A stretch of 59,870 bases of DNA, filler included. It is 4 parts of 4 records of this genome, joined end to end, with 100 filler letters (N's around TTAATTAATTAA, not from the genome) between each part and the next. Parts side by side here need not be neighbours in the genome. Positions count along the whole stretch, not along the records: positions 9,339 to 37,532 come from SRR20825019_2601; 3 more parts are not named here. One strand, written 5' to 3'. Made by a program: the position numbers and the translations under genes. Positions within the stretch are counted from its first letter, which is position 1. Every line of letters begins with the position of its first letter. Under the pieces are notes generated by a model. The model did not search any database. It had not been told where the DNA came from and saw only the letters and a program-made list of their open reading frames with translations. Shown piece after piece: positions 22,567 through 33,120 of the stretch.

Positions 22567-23613
22567 CTACCTAGCGTTCGCTGTTGCTTGAGCTCGAAGT
22601 GCCAAAGCATCACTTACTCGCGCCACAAGCTCAGTATCCCGATAAGTAGGGATAACATAGTAGCACTCATAGCCAGTGAAGAATGGGTGTTCCAAAACTT
22701 CCTGCAGAGTGGGTCTGTGAGAGGGAGATATTGACATCATCTTGGTCAACAAGTCCTTCAGCGCATCGGGAACACCGCCAACATGGTGATCTACAATACT
22801 CCAGTAGGTCTTGAGCTCACCATTAAGCCACAGCATATAGTATGGGTCTGTAGTTTTCAAGCAGCTCTCCCAAGGCGGGAAGCCATTCGTAAGAGTGAAG
22901 AAGCAGACACCCAAACCGAAAATGTCGCCAACCTCTCCATCATATCCATCTGGCGACACGCTCTTCACCAAAAGCTGTTCGGGAGGGCTATATACATCCG
23001 ATCCGCAGCTTTCGTACTGAAGTATCTTCCCCCCTGTTGTTTCACAACGTGTTGCCCCCCAGAAACCTAAGTCTGCTATCACCACCTCAAACGAATCACA
23101 CATAGCCGGGTTTGCCATATCAGCCATCGTCAACCCTTCGGGAACCCTGACAAAATAGTTCTCCAGCTTGACATCTCTGTGGCACATTCCCCTATCGTGC
23201 ACCGCCTTAAGACCATTCAGAAGTTTCAACATAATAATCCTTGCGCACTCAATTGGAAGATCAAGGCCCTCAGTTGCAGAAAAGAGGTCCCCACTGTACA
23301 GTTGCGTAATCAGGTACAAGTGCTGCCTTCCTCGGATTACTTCAATAATCTGCTGACAATAAGGATCGTCCTTAAGTTTCTTGAGGCCCTCTTCCTCCCG
23401 CACACACGCCATTCTATTCTTCTCTAGTTCGTCACCGCTCAAGCCAGTCAAGTCAAACATTTTTGCCGCCACAAGCGACCCCATCGGAAGGGGCTGTCCC
23501 TCTGAAATAACCTCTGCACAATATACACCGCCATGACCTCGGACTTGCCCTATTTTCTTCTTCCCCTTATATGCAGAACGAAAGCTTTTCTCACACTCCA
23601 CTGTACCGCTCAT
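22567..23613 (-). CDS. Intronless Ser/Thr protein kinase (CAMK-like, divergent)
   Basis: VAAK, HRDVKLEN, DLG, GSDVYSPPE, DIFGLGV, RPTLQEVLEHPF. Confidence 0.9.
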   Translation of the reverse strand: MSGTVECEKSFRSAYKGKKKIGQVRGHGGVYCAEVISEGQPLPMGSLVAAKMFDLTGLSGDELEKNRMACVREEEGLKKLKDDPYCQQIIEVIRGRQHLYLITQLYSGDLFSATEGLDLPIECARIIMLKLLNGLKAVHDRGMCHRDVKLENYFVRVPEGLTMADMANPAMCDSFEVVIADLGFWGATRCETTGGKILQYESCGSDVYSPPEQLLVKSVSPDGYDGEVGDIFGLGVCFFTLTNGFPPWESCLKTTDPYYMLWLNGELKTYWSIVDHHVGGVPDALKDLLTKMMSISPSHRPTLQEVLEHPFFTGYECYYVIPTYRDTELVARVSDALALRAQATANAR

Positions 23614-23799
23614 CCTCTATATCCGTGCAGGAAATCCGATAAAAAGTGGAAGTCCCTCTTTTCTTGATCCACCCCCTTTCTTTAGACAAAGGTGTCGAAA
23701 GGAGAGTAGTATTTACAAGGCTTCAGCAACAGTCGTCCTACGGTTGCTCTGAACACAAGAGGTGAAGGTAGATTCATTCGCAGCTCAGGTGGACTCCAG

Positions 23800-24480
23800 C
23801 CTTCCCTTTGCAGGCGTGATCCATGGCAAGGGGGTCGAGCGATGTTCAACCGCCCATCAGTGGCCGGACGACGGGCCAGACCAGCATCATGGCCGTCGGG
23901 GGCTTTCCGAGATCGTGCGCTCATTATGGGGTGTCACGCCGCCGGCATACGGTCAGAAGCGATGGCCCGACGCCAGGCCGGAAAGGCTGAGAAGCGTTCA
24001 GATGACGCCAGCCGAGCGGGCGCGGGCACCTGGCACGGCCGAGTCTGCATCACGCTCACCCACCGGCCCCAAAGGTGGCCGCTACCACAGTCACTGAGGT
24101 ACATGTCAAACTGACACCCTATCGATCTCATCATCAGGCTGCTGCGCTTCGATCGTGTGCGAGGGCCTCTGAAGTCCATTCGAGGCTGGTCAACACCTGC
24201 GTTATATGTAGATATTCGTAATATGATAAAGTTTGTCAAAGTTTGGAAAATGATTAAGAAAGTTTTTGCATAGTTTGGATGTAGGAGCTTTTGCAGTGTG
24301 CTGGCCACTGCTCGGAGTGTCTCGCCCACTCACGATGCGAGGCGTAGGGGGCTGGCCGCCGACAGCTGGACCCAGTCTGACCGACTTGCTGCCACACGAC
24401 CCATGCGCCGTGTTAGCGGGCAAAAGGAGAAGCCTGAGGCATGTGTCTGGAGAGGGAGGGCTTTTGCTGGCCTATCGCGG
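23800..24480. promoter_or_regulatory. Moderately GC-rich island with AT-rich core (~24200-24290) between divergent genes
   Basis: Composition shift; CAGTCACTGAG at 24088. Confidence 0.45.
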
Positions 24481-24616
24481 TTCTGCCGACTCCCATCGAC
24501 CAGTCACCAAAAGTTAACACTGCCAGACATAGTTTCTTTTATATGTGCAGTCGCAATTCAGTTCTTTATCCAGAGTGCCAGTGTTCAAGGACCTGGCTAG
24601 GGGGAAGGATCGAGCA

Positions 24617-25309
24617 ATGAAAGGAGCTTTGATTGCTTTGTGTGTAGTTTTGGGCCTGACCTTGGCGTCAGCCCAGACAACCATTGATTGTGGCAAGTTC
24701 AAGAGGTGCTCCATGTGTGTCACTGACTTGCACTGCGGTTGGTGTGAGTCCACCAAATCTTGTATCGAGGGTGTTACCATGGGGCCTCTGTCTCCCAGTG
24801 CTAACTGCACAACCTGGGACTATGCTTTCTGCTCTGGTGAGCCGTGCAGCTCGTACACTACACAGGATGCATGCACTGGTGATCCTTTCTGTGGTTGGTG
24901 TGGTTCTAGCTACCCCCAGGTTTGCGCCGAGGGTAACGCGAAGGGTCCTTTGTTTGGGAAGTGCGAGAAGTGGGACTTCAGCCCTGCTGGTGGGTGTGGC
25001 TCTGAGGGTTGTGGGGTCGCTAGTGCTGCGTCGTCCGAAGCTGCGATGAAGCCAGCTGAGGTCACGAAGCCTGCCGGCGCCGCGGAGAGCGCTGCTGATG
25101 CCAAGCCTGCCGCTGAAGCTGCCAAGCCTGCGGCTGCCGCTGCAGAGGCTATCAAGGCTGCCCCTAAGATGGCTGCCGCGAGCAGCCCCACTTCGGAGAT
25201 GGAGGAGAAGAAGGATAGCGACAATTCCGCCGCTATCATGCCACCCTCTGTTGATTTGGTCGAGTCTTCACTTACCGGCCCTGTACAGCCCCCCAAGGCG
25301 GAGAACTAG
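24617..25309 (+). CDS. Secreted protein with two PSI-like Cys-rich domains and an Ala/Lys/Pro-rich tail
   Basis: Signal peptide MKGALIALCVVLGLTLASA; two copies of C..C....CGWC.....C.EG...GP....C..WD. Confidence 0.8.
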   Translation: MKGALIALCVVLGLTLASAQTTIDCGKFKRCSMCVTDLHCGWCESTKSCIEGVTMGPLSPSANCTTWDYAFCSGEPCSSYTTQDACTGDPFCGWCGSSYPQVCAEGNAKGPLFGKCEKWDFSPAGGCGSEGCGVASAASSEAAMKPAEVTKPAGAAESAADAKPAAEAAKPAAAAAEAIKAAPKMAAASSPTSEMEEKKDSDNSAAIMPPSVDLVESSLTGPVQPPKAEN

Positions 25310-25543
25310 GTGAACTGGGAGCTCAGTTATTATTGTGTTGAGCACTGTTTTGGGGATCCCTGGGTGGGTGCTAGTAAAGTGTTTCTCAGGGAACATATTT
25401 GAGTGGGCGGTTTAGTTTTTAGTGCATTGAACGAAAATGCGACTTTAAGGGGAGGGCGAATGGTATTTCCTGTTGTAGGCAAGCGTGTAGCCCTTGGCAG
25501 GAGCCGGCCCTTGATCTCGAAGAATGGAATATTACGGATCGTA

Positions 25544-27632
25544 CTACGACCTTGCGGATGCTGGGGTTCTTGGGTTAGACTTGCTCGATTTGTTCGATTT
25601 CATAGAATTCCGAGCTCCGCCGGTAATGTGACTCGCCGCACCAATTGGCATGGGCGAGCCTCCACCTTCCATCTCAGACGCACCCGTCCTTCCAGTCAGT
25701 AGCCCGCTTCTGGTTAGGGAGTCCACCATATCCTCAGGCTTTGAGTCGAAGTCAAGATTGGAGGCGATTGGCCCACCAAACGCGGCAGACTGAGACTCAA
25801 GCTCGGCAATTTTCAGTTTGAGTTGGAAAATTTCTTGGCCAGATTTTTCCTGCGACTGTTTCATTTGGTCATCCATGATCTTAATGCGTCCCTCGGCTTG
25901 CTCTGCTCTTAACATATGCTTCACAAGTTCTTCCTCCATCTCTCGCATTTGGTCGCTTTCGTTCGCCGCAGCATTCTTCATTCTTTCACGATTCAGGCTC
26001 TCTTCAAGCCGCTTGATCTCGTTATTGAGCTTCTCAATGGTCTTCTTATCTTCCTCACTACCTTGTCCATCCCCCTTTTGAGATACAGTATCATCATTAG
26101 CCTCCTTGGCCTTGAGCTGCCGCTCAAGGTCACTGACTTTTGCTTCCAGTTCAGACTTCTGTTTCTTCAGATCAATAATGTCCTGGTCACGTTCTTCAAC
26201 TGCAGCGGGGATGCTAGAAACACTCTTGAAATGACCCACAGTTTTCATCTTTACGATGTCAGCCTCCAAATCCTGAACTACTGTTCGCAATTCGTCATTC
26301 TCTTTCTTCAAGTCCTTGAGCTGGCGCACATCGTGCATGCTCGATTCCACTAGCTTTTCGAGCTGAAGAATAACTTTCTCCTGGTTTCTGACCGTCCTCT
26401 TATATTTTCCAATCTTCTTTGCCTTGTCCTGCATATTCTGAATATACATGTTCTGCATCTGATGTGCATCCTCGAGATCACGGTGCTTCCGCTCAAGAGC
26501 ATCCATCTTCGCCACTTCCGCATTAAGAAGATCAACCCTCGCACCAAGATCTTCATTTCGCATACACTCCGACTTAAACTCTTTGAGAAGAGTCATATAC
26601 TTTTTCTGCAATTCTTCCAGTGGTACATCCTTGACCTTATCCACATCCACTGGGCGTTCGCCTTCATGTAGTCTTCTCCTTAAATCCATGTTGTCTTGCT
26701 GTAGAATCTTCATGTTCTTTCGAAGGTCCACAATTTCCACACCGCACATACGGATCGCATCCGTCCGCTGGTCGACCTCGTTGAGCAATCTATCAATGAG
26801 AGATTGCTTGTTCTGAATATCGGCCGCAAGACTGCTAACGCGGTCTGTCATTAAATTCAACTGGGCAACAGGCATGGTTTGCGACATCCCTACTGCTGCG
26901 GGACTACCTGCTGCCGCCTCGTTTTTCTTATTCTTGTTGGGTTTGGGCGAGCGTTGCGTCGTAACAGGAGTCATAGTTCCCGACGATGGTGTTGCACTGT
27001 CCCGGTCCGTGGACCCTGTAGGCTCAGTGGCAAACAGTTCCACAGTCACCTTGCCCACTGTGATCTCACCCTGGCTCTCAGTATTTCGCGTGAAAGACAT
27101 GTTCTCTGATATGCTTTTGGTATCAGGAGAGCCAACAAGGTCCTTAAGAACCTTCCTCAATGGTATCGTTGCACCTCCAAGGTACCGCGCTGAGCCCTTT
27201 GCGTCGGATCTATCAGTTTCAGCACCTTCCTGTAAGCGCCACTCGTCAGAGATCGTGTAAACGACGCAGAGCTTTAACACACCTTCATCACTACATACAC
27301 TTCAACCAGAAGGTCAGGGTTGGCTTCGTAGATGTCCGGGGTGATGTGAAAGACAAAGGAGTTCATCTTGAACTGAGGCTGGGCGACATCAGCTGAAACC
27401 TCAGTTCTAAACTTGCTTTTCTGTGTGTCTCGCTCATCGTCAACCTATTAGGTGAACATAAGTATTGGACGTAATGTTTAAGCGGTCTAGAGAGTTACCT
27501 TAACAGTAAGAAAATAACTGTACGGTTTGGCAAATGTCGCGTTATGGAGCACAACGTGGAGGTTAGTATCCATGGCCCCTCGAAGCTCGTGCTGACACCG
27601 GATCGGGTTTTGGTCGCTTTTGTTTCAGTCAT
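25544..27632 (-). CDS. CCDC33-like protein (C2-like N-terminus, long coiled coil); multi-exon
   Basis: YLGGATIPL (C2-like), AIRMCGVEIVDLRK, YKRTVRNQEKVILQLE; 578-aa terminal ORF. Confidence 0.65.
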
Positions 27633-27699
27633 GATGCACATATGTGTGGGTGTGCCTCGATGCTCGCCCGGGCGAACAGATACTCTCCGTATTATTGAT

Positions 27700-28640
27700 C
27701 GGTGCGTCCACTCTGACCGGCCCGGCCTGAGGCGGCCGTGAGGCGCCCCATAGCTTCGACTGTGAGTCAACCCCGGTGACAACAGTCGTCGCCGCCCGGA
27801 CATGGACAAGGGTTCACTGCACTGCCCGCCGAGCCGCCGGCTTCATGGCCCCGCCGAACCGGACCGGCGGCCCGCAACGGCCGGTGGAGTCACGCCTCAG
27901 GCGCCGGCCGCGGGATGAGCGTGGGGCTCAACCGGGCCCCCCTGGGCCAGTCCCCGGTCAGGCCCCCGCGGTGGCGGCCGCCCGGCCGGCCGGGCGGCGT
28001 TTGGCTGGCCGGCGCGCGGCGGGGCCGCGGCCCCTCGGCCTGGTCGGGCCGCGGTCCCGGCTGCCCGGGCCGGGTCCGGTCACGATCCGTGATTCAAAAC
28101 CTGGCCCACACCGACCACAAGCCATCGGCCAGGCATCAAAGGGCGCCCCACCCGCCGGGCAACTGCCGGCCGGCCGGGCGCTGGCACGGCCGCTCAGGGC
28201 GGGGCGGGGCCGGGCCCTGCCGGGTCGGCCGCCGCGGGCTGCCCTTGACTGCACTGGCCGGGACTGCTCGTGCGGGCCCATCCGAGTCAGGGCCATTGCT
28301 TGCGGTGATCGGAGCGAGCGCTGCCTGCTCAGTCACTGTCGGGGCCAGTGCCCTCAGCGCCCCCGGCAGCGGGCCTGGTCTCAGGCCAGACTCATCATGC
28401 CGGCCCCTCCTGAAAGTATGCGAATATCTTTTTTTTATCCATCCGGTCGGATGCAAGTTATACTAACAGATCAATCGCCACCGTGAGCCCGGCTCGGTCT
28501 CATCAGAGCGGACGGTTCCTTGGCAGCGGCGCCGCCGGCCGCCGGGCGCCCAGCCGGCCATCGCGCGCGGCCCCGGGCGGCGCGAGTCATGGGGCGACGC
28601 GCCACCACCACACTCAGTGTCGAGTGGCTAGACACCGGTC
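27700..28640. promoter_or_regulatory. GC-rich island with AT-rich core (~28412-28480) between divergent genes
   Basis: TGAGTCA at 27763, CTCAGTCACTG at 28328; only low-complexity ORFs. Confidence 0.55.
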
Positions 28641-28723
28641 GTCATGGACTCTCGTAAGTATTGCTCATATCCCAATTGGAGAGTTGCGAAACAGCTTGAT
28701 TTGTTTTGCGATCATCAGTCAAC

Positions 28724-29506
28724 ATGCCATTCACCGGAATTGTAGAAGAAATGGGACGCGTAGTGTCCATAGATATGAGCGACTCCCACTGTGATATAAT
28801 CATTGAAGCTACTGTTGTGTTGGAAGGCACTGAGCTTGGTATTTCTTGGTCGAGCTAGCTCGGAATCGTTTTACCTAACTCAAACTCAGGTCACAGCATT
28901 TCTGTTAATGGCACTTGCCTGACAGTTACCGAAATGTCAGGAAACACATTCAAAGTCGGACTTGTCCAGGAAACGTTGCGGAGAACGAACTTAGGCAGGC
29001 TTACAGAGGGTTCGAAAGTCAACCTCGAGCGAGCGATGACCCCCACAAGCAGGATGGGGGGGCACAACGTGCAGGGTCACGTGGATGGAACAGGCACTAT
29101 TAAGAGCAGGCGCGCAGATGGTGACTCCTTACGCTATGAAATCGAAGCATCCGAAGAAGTCATGCGATATGTTGGTGGGTTGTGAGATGGTATGGTGACT
29201 GGGGATGGACACTGATAAGGTTATTTGTAGTCGAGAAAGGCTACATTGCTGTGGACGGAACATCACTGACCGTGTGTGAGCCTACGGATACCACATTCGC
29301 ATTTTACATGGTCCCTTTCACCCAGGTAATATACGTAACTGGTGCTGATACGTGCCGGTCTGATTTGGTTGCCTCAGAAACATGTAATCATCACAGATAA
29401 AGGGGAGGGCGATATGGTGAACCTGGAAGTTGATATTCAAGGCAAGCTCATTGAAAAGTACGTGGAGAAGTACGCTGCACGCATTCTTGCCGGAGCAGCG
29501 AAGTAA
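28724..29506 (+). CDS. RIB5: Riboflavin synthase (alpha-chain type), 4 exons
   Basis: MPFTGIVEEMG, SISVNGTCLTV, VNLERA, GGHNVQGHVDG, KGYIAVDGTSLTV, VNLEVD; three short GT-AG introns. Confidence 0.93.
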
Positions 29507-29717
29507 CTATGGAAAATATTGCGACGCACATCACTGAGCCTGGCGCTGCGCACCACTTCGAAACAAAGGTTGCAAATCGGACCCCTGAATAAACGTAGGA
29601 AGATGTTGCAAACAGGTGGAATTGGAATACACATCTATTCTAAGTCAGCATATATGCTGGTTTCATCTTGGCCTCATCAGACATCTCCACTAATATGACT
29701 GTCAGCCACCTACACGC

Positions 29718-30757
29718 TTAACAAAGACTAGCATAACATATACCTGATGCCGCCTTCAATTCGGGGGGAAGGTCCGGCACAGCCCAGTAGCAGTCTTCTT
29801 CCAAAACCATGTTATTCTTTCCACGCACAATCTTGAAGAATCCATTATCTCCCCAATATGTTCCCCACGAGTTCCTGTCACAGAAGTTAGATTTTGAAAA
29901 CAGAATCCGGAATACAGAGCGGCACACCTTCCAATCCAGTACTTTGTACCGTTATCCTCACCCCATCCGACGATGGACACCAAGTGCTTAATCTGATCAG
30001 CACCTGTCTTGTCCTCGAATATCCCAGACTTGTAATTGTAAAACTCGTCAGTTACACTGATACCGCAGGCAATAGGACCACGGGCAAATATTTCGTGCAT
30101 CATGGGGTCTTCGTCCGCGACGTTACCAAACTCGCTCACCGAGACTTTGGTGGGATTAGGAACAGCAGAACAGGTGCCGTTCTTGGCGCAGTTCTTGCAC
30201 ACCTCGATTGTGGTACATGCCTTGGTCTTATCGTCCGAGGCAGTGTATGGTGTACAAGTTTCGTCTGTCAAGCCATACTGCTTGGCATATTGAAACACCT
30301 TCGAGGGGTGACCCCCACCACAATCACCAGCATCGCCACACTGAAGCATCAGCTGCGGTGACAAGTTGATCTCTGGCCACTGGCCTTGGCGCATAATCAT
30401 AACCCTATCAGATAGTGCCGAGAGGCTACCGAACGCCCAGCAAGCACCGCAATAGTGTGGGATATGTTGGTTCTTCAGGGCAGTAAGGTAGTTTCGTCCA
30501 CCAACATTTCTCCAGTCAAAGTTATTAGGTAGCTTAGGCTTGTTCTTCTTCTTATGCGGAAGCTCAGTCAACACAAGAGTCGGAATAGCCTCCCCATCAG
30601 CAAGCTTGATCTCCCCATCTACCGCATACTTTGACCGGCGAGCTCTTGCTGTCGCAAGATTCTGCACTCGCGTTGACAGGCTCTCTCCCCATGATCCCGA
30701 CGCCATCATCAAAATAAGCACCGCGCACACCCACACGGCTTGTCGTCGCAACTTCAT
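29718..30757 (-). CDS. CTSZ: Cathepsin X/Z-like cysteine protease; final exon boundary approximate
   Basis: Signal peptide; NQHIPHYCGACWAF with the cathepsin X HIP mini-loop; HLVSIVGWG; RNSWG formed across a ~50-nt intron. Confidence 0.9.
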
Positions 30758-30859
30758 GCTGACAGACCCACAGGACTCCAGGAGATTTGGAGCTAAGTTT
30801 TATATGGTGCGATGCCGGAGAAGGAAGGCCTGCCCCATACCAGATGGCCTATGGTGTTT

Positions 30860-31600
30860 CTGAGCGTCCCAGAGTCCCGTCGCGCGGTCGCAGGGCGTTG
30901 TGCCGCGCCGGCCACTGAGGCGAGAGAGACAGGAGTAGCGCACGGCCGACTCGGACTGGCTGAGCCTCCGGCGGCGGCCACGCCCGGGCCACCACCGGGA
31001 CGGCGACGCCGCGGCCATGACTAGCTTCCCGGTCGCGCAGGCCCCCCCCCCCGTCCGGTCCGGTCGCGCGGGGCGGCGGAGGTATGCGGCCCCCGGGACC
31101 GGGTGGGGCAATTTTCACTAGTACTGTTTGAGCCTGCGTAGCACTCAACTCTGCACTGAAAGACCACTGACGGTTGCTCTCTTTATAGGGCAGAAAGAAC
31201 CTTTTTGATTATTTTGCGGTTAACACCTACGGCGGTTTTTTGTTGATCGTGCGGACTGACAGTTACACATTGGATGCACGATTCCCACAGCGGCACAGCG
31301 ATGTGTGTGTGTTTTATTTCACCACTTCGTGGTTGCGGCCGTGCGCCTGACCCAGGCGCCGGAGCCAGGGGCCGTGGTCGTGTCCCAGTGAGCCCCGTCG
31401 CTCGCTGTCGGTACCACTGACGGAGCACCGGTTAGGATGCGGCCCCCTGGCAGCAGGACGGGACGAGGCGTGGAGGGACGATAGCCATGATGACGACGAC
31501 AGCCCGAAGCTGAGTGCCACAGCAAGACGGGGGGTGGGCAGACCACCACAGCACTGACCCCCGCTCGCCGACACGAACTGAGCGTTCTAGTAGACCTGCG
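30860..31600. promoter_or_regulatory. GC-rich island with AT-rich core (~31110-31320) between divergent genes
   Basis: Composition shift; repeated CACTGA/CAGTGA/CTGAG words. Confidence 0.5.
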
Positions 31601-31708
31601 AGGCAAATCGACTGAGAAACTGCCGAGAAAACGAAACGATCGGCACGTTTTGGCCCAGTAAAAATATGTGATAGACTCAAGGCGAGGGAGTTAGCACTGA
31701 ATATCACG

Positions 31709-32959
31709 ATGCCCGAGAAGTATCCAGGAGGTTACTACAGCGATGGCCAAGGCCGTGACACATACATTGTTAAGGATGCTGCGCGCCTGGTACGGTGACT
31801 GGAGTTTCATATGTACAAATAAGCTTAGGTTTTCTGTTTTACAGCAAGGTACCTATCAGAGGTCTGCTTATGACAAGAACCGCCCAAGGCCTAAGGAGCC
31901 CGTCCCGACTTCGCTGACTTTCGGCCCCCCTGTCGGGTATGTCGTGCATAACTAACAAGGAGACATCGGCGCTCACCACTTGCTGCAGATACCAAGGGCA
32001 CGTCCCCCACGCAAACTTTTATCATGGAAAGACTTATGGTCAGCAGTGCATCGACAGCGCTGTGGAGCGTGGAAAGATCCCGCCTCCCGCTCCGGCCCAG
32101 AAGATAGACGCCTCGACCCTTTTCAAGGGATCGTGCTATACTACTGGAGAAGGGCCAGACTCTCGCTGCGACGAGCCTGTGTCCTGCAAGGTCATGCACC
32201 CTCCTGGTAAGATTGGCTTTGGTTTGCAAAGAGGCTCAATTGACCGCCCAGACAGAGCCATACACCCACCACCTTTCCCCGCGGTCCCTTAAGAATCGCA
32301 TCATCAACCGATACCAAACCACAAATATGTTCGAGTATGGAGAGGATCAGGAATACACCAAACCCATTCTCCCGCCATATCTCCATCATATTCCTGGGTG
32401 AGTCGATATTTGTTACGTTGGCATGTATTGGCTAATGGGAAAGTTAGATATGCTGGCCATGTTCCCCGCACACACGTCCATGCTTCCTACCTGAACATGA
32501 TGGATTCCGAGAAGCCCGTGCCGGCTCATGTAGACCCCAATCAGTACCAGTCTGAAGGGGAGTACGCTGAGGCGTGCGTTCGTGACCTCTTCGATCGCCT
32601 GCATCAGCAGGGTGACGTGAGTGCCCATCCGATGTCTTGTTCGAATCTGGATCATTGATTGTCTGTCATAGGATTCTGCGTTTACTGCTTACATGAGCGA
32701 TATGGTGAGCCACGGGCCCGAGGGAGATTTGTCCGGCGAGGACCTCTTCAACGTGGTAGTGCAGACACGAGCGGCCCTGGACGATGGCTCCCAGACCGTA
32801 TCGATCGACGGAGTTGAGTGGGATCAAGAGAACTCCACGCTATCGTTCAAGATCACCTATGCGGGCACTAAGGATGGCGAGGCCACAACCCTGTTTGAAG
32901 ACGTCCCATGCAAGTATCGCTTTGATGCGCAGGCGGGAAAGTTTGTGGAGGCGTGGTAG
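31709..32959 (+). CDS. FAM166/C2orf70-like ciliary microtubule inner protein candidate with an extra acidic C-terminal domain; multi-exon
   Basis: DGQGRDTYI, YQGHVPHANFYHGKTYG and HIPGYAGHVP (formed across an intron); ORFs 31939, 32213, 32398 and 32693 link by GT-AG introns. Confidence 0.6.
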
Positions 32960-33120
32960 ACTGGCCCCACCAGGCATCTGCGCAAGCTATCTATTGTATT
33001 TGACTCTCTAGAACGTCTATGGCTCAACCGCGGCTTCCGGACGGAATGGCCGCGGTAAGTATCAACGTATACAGTAAAATGCTTTCGAGCATTGAAAGGA
33101 CCAAGCGCGTTTTACTCGAA

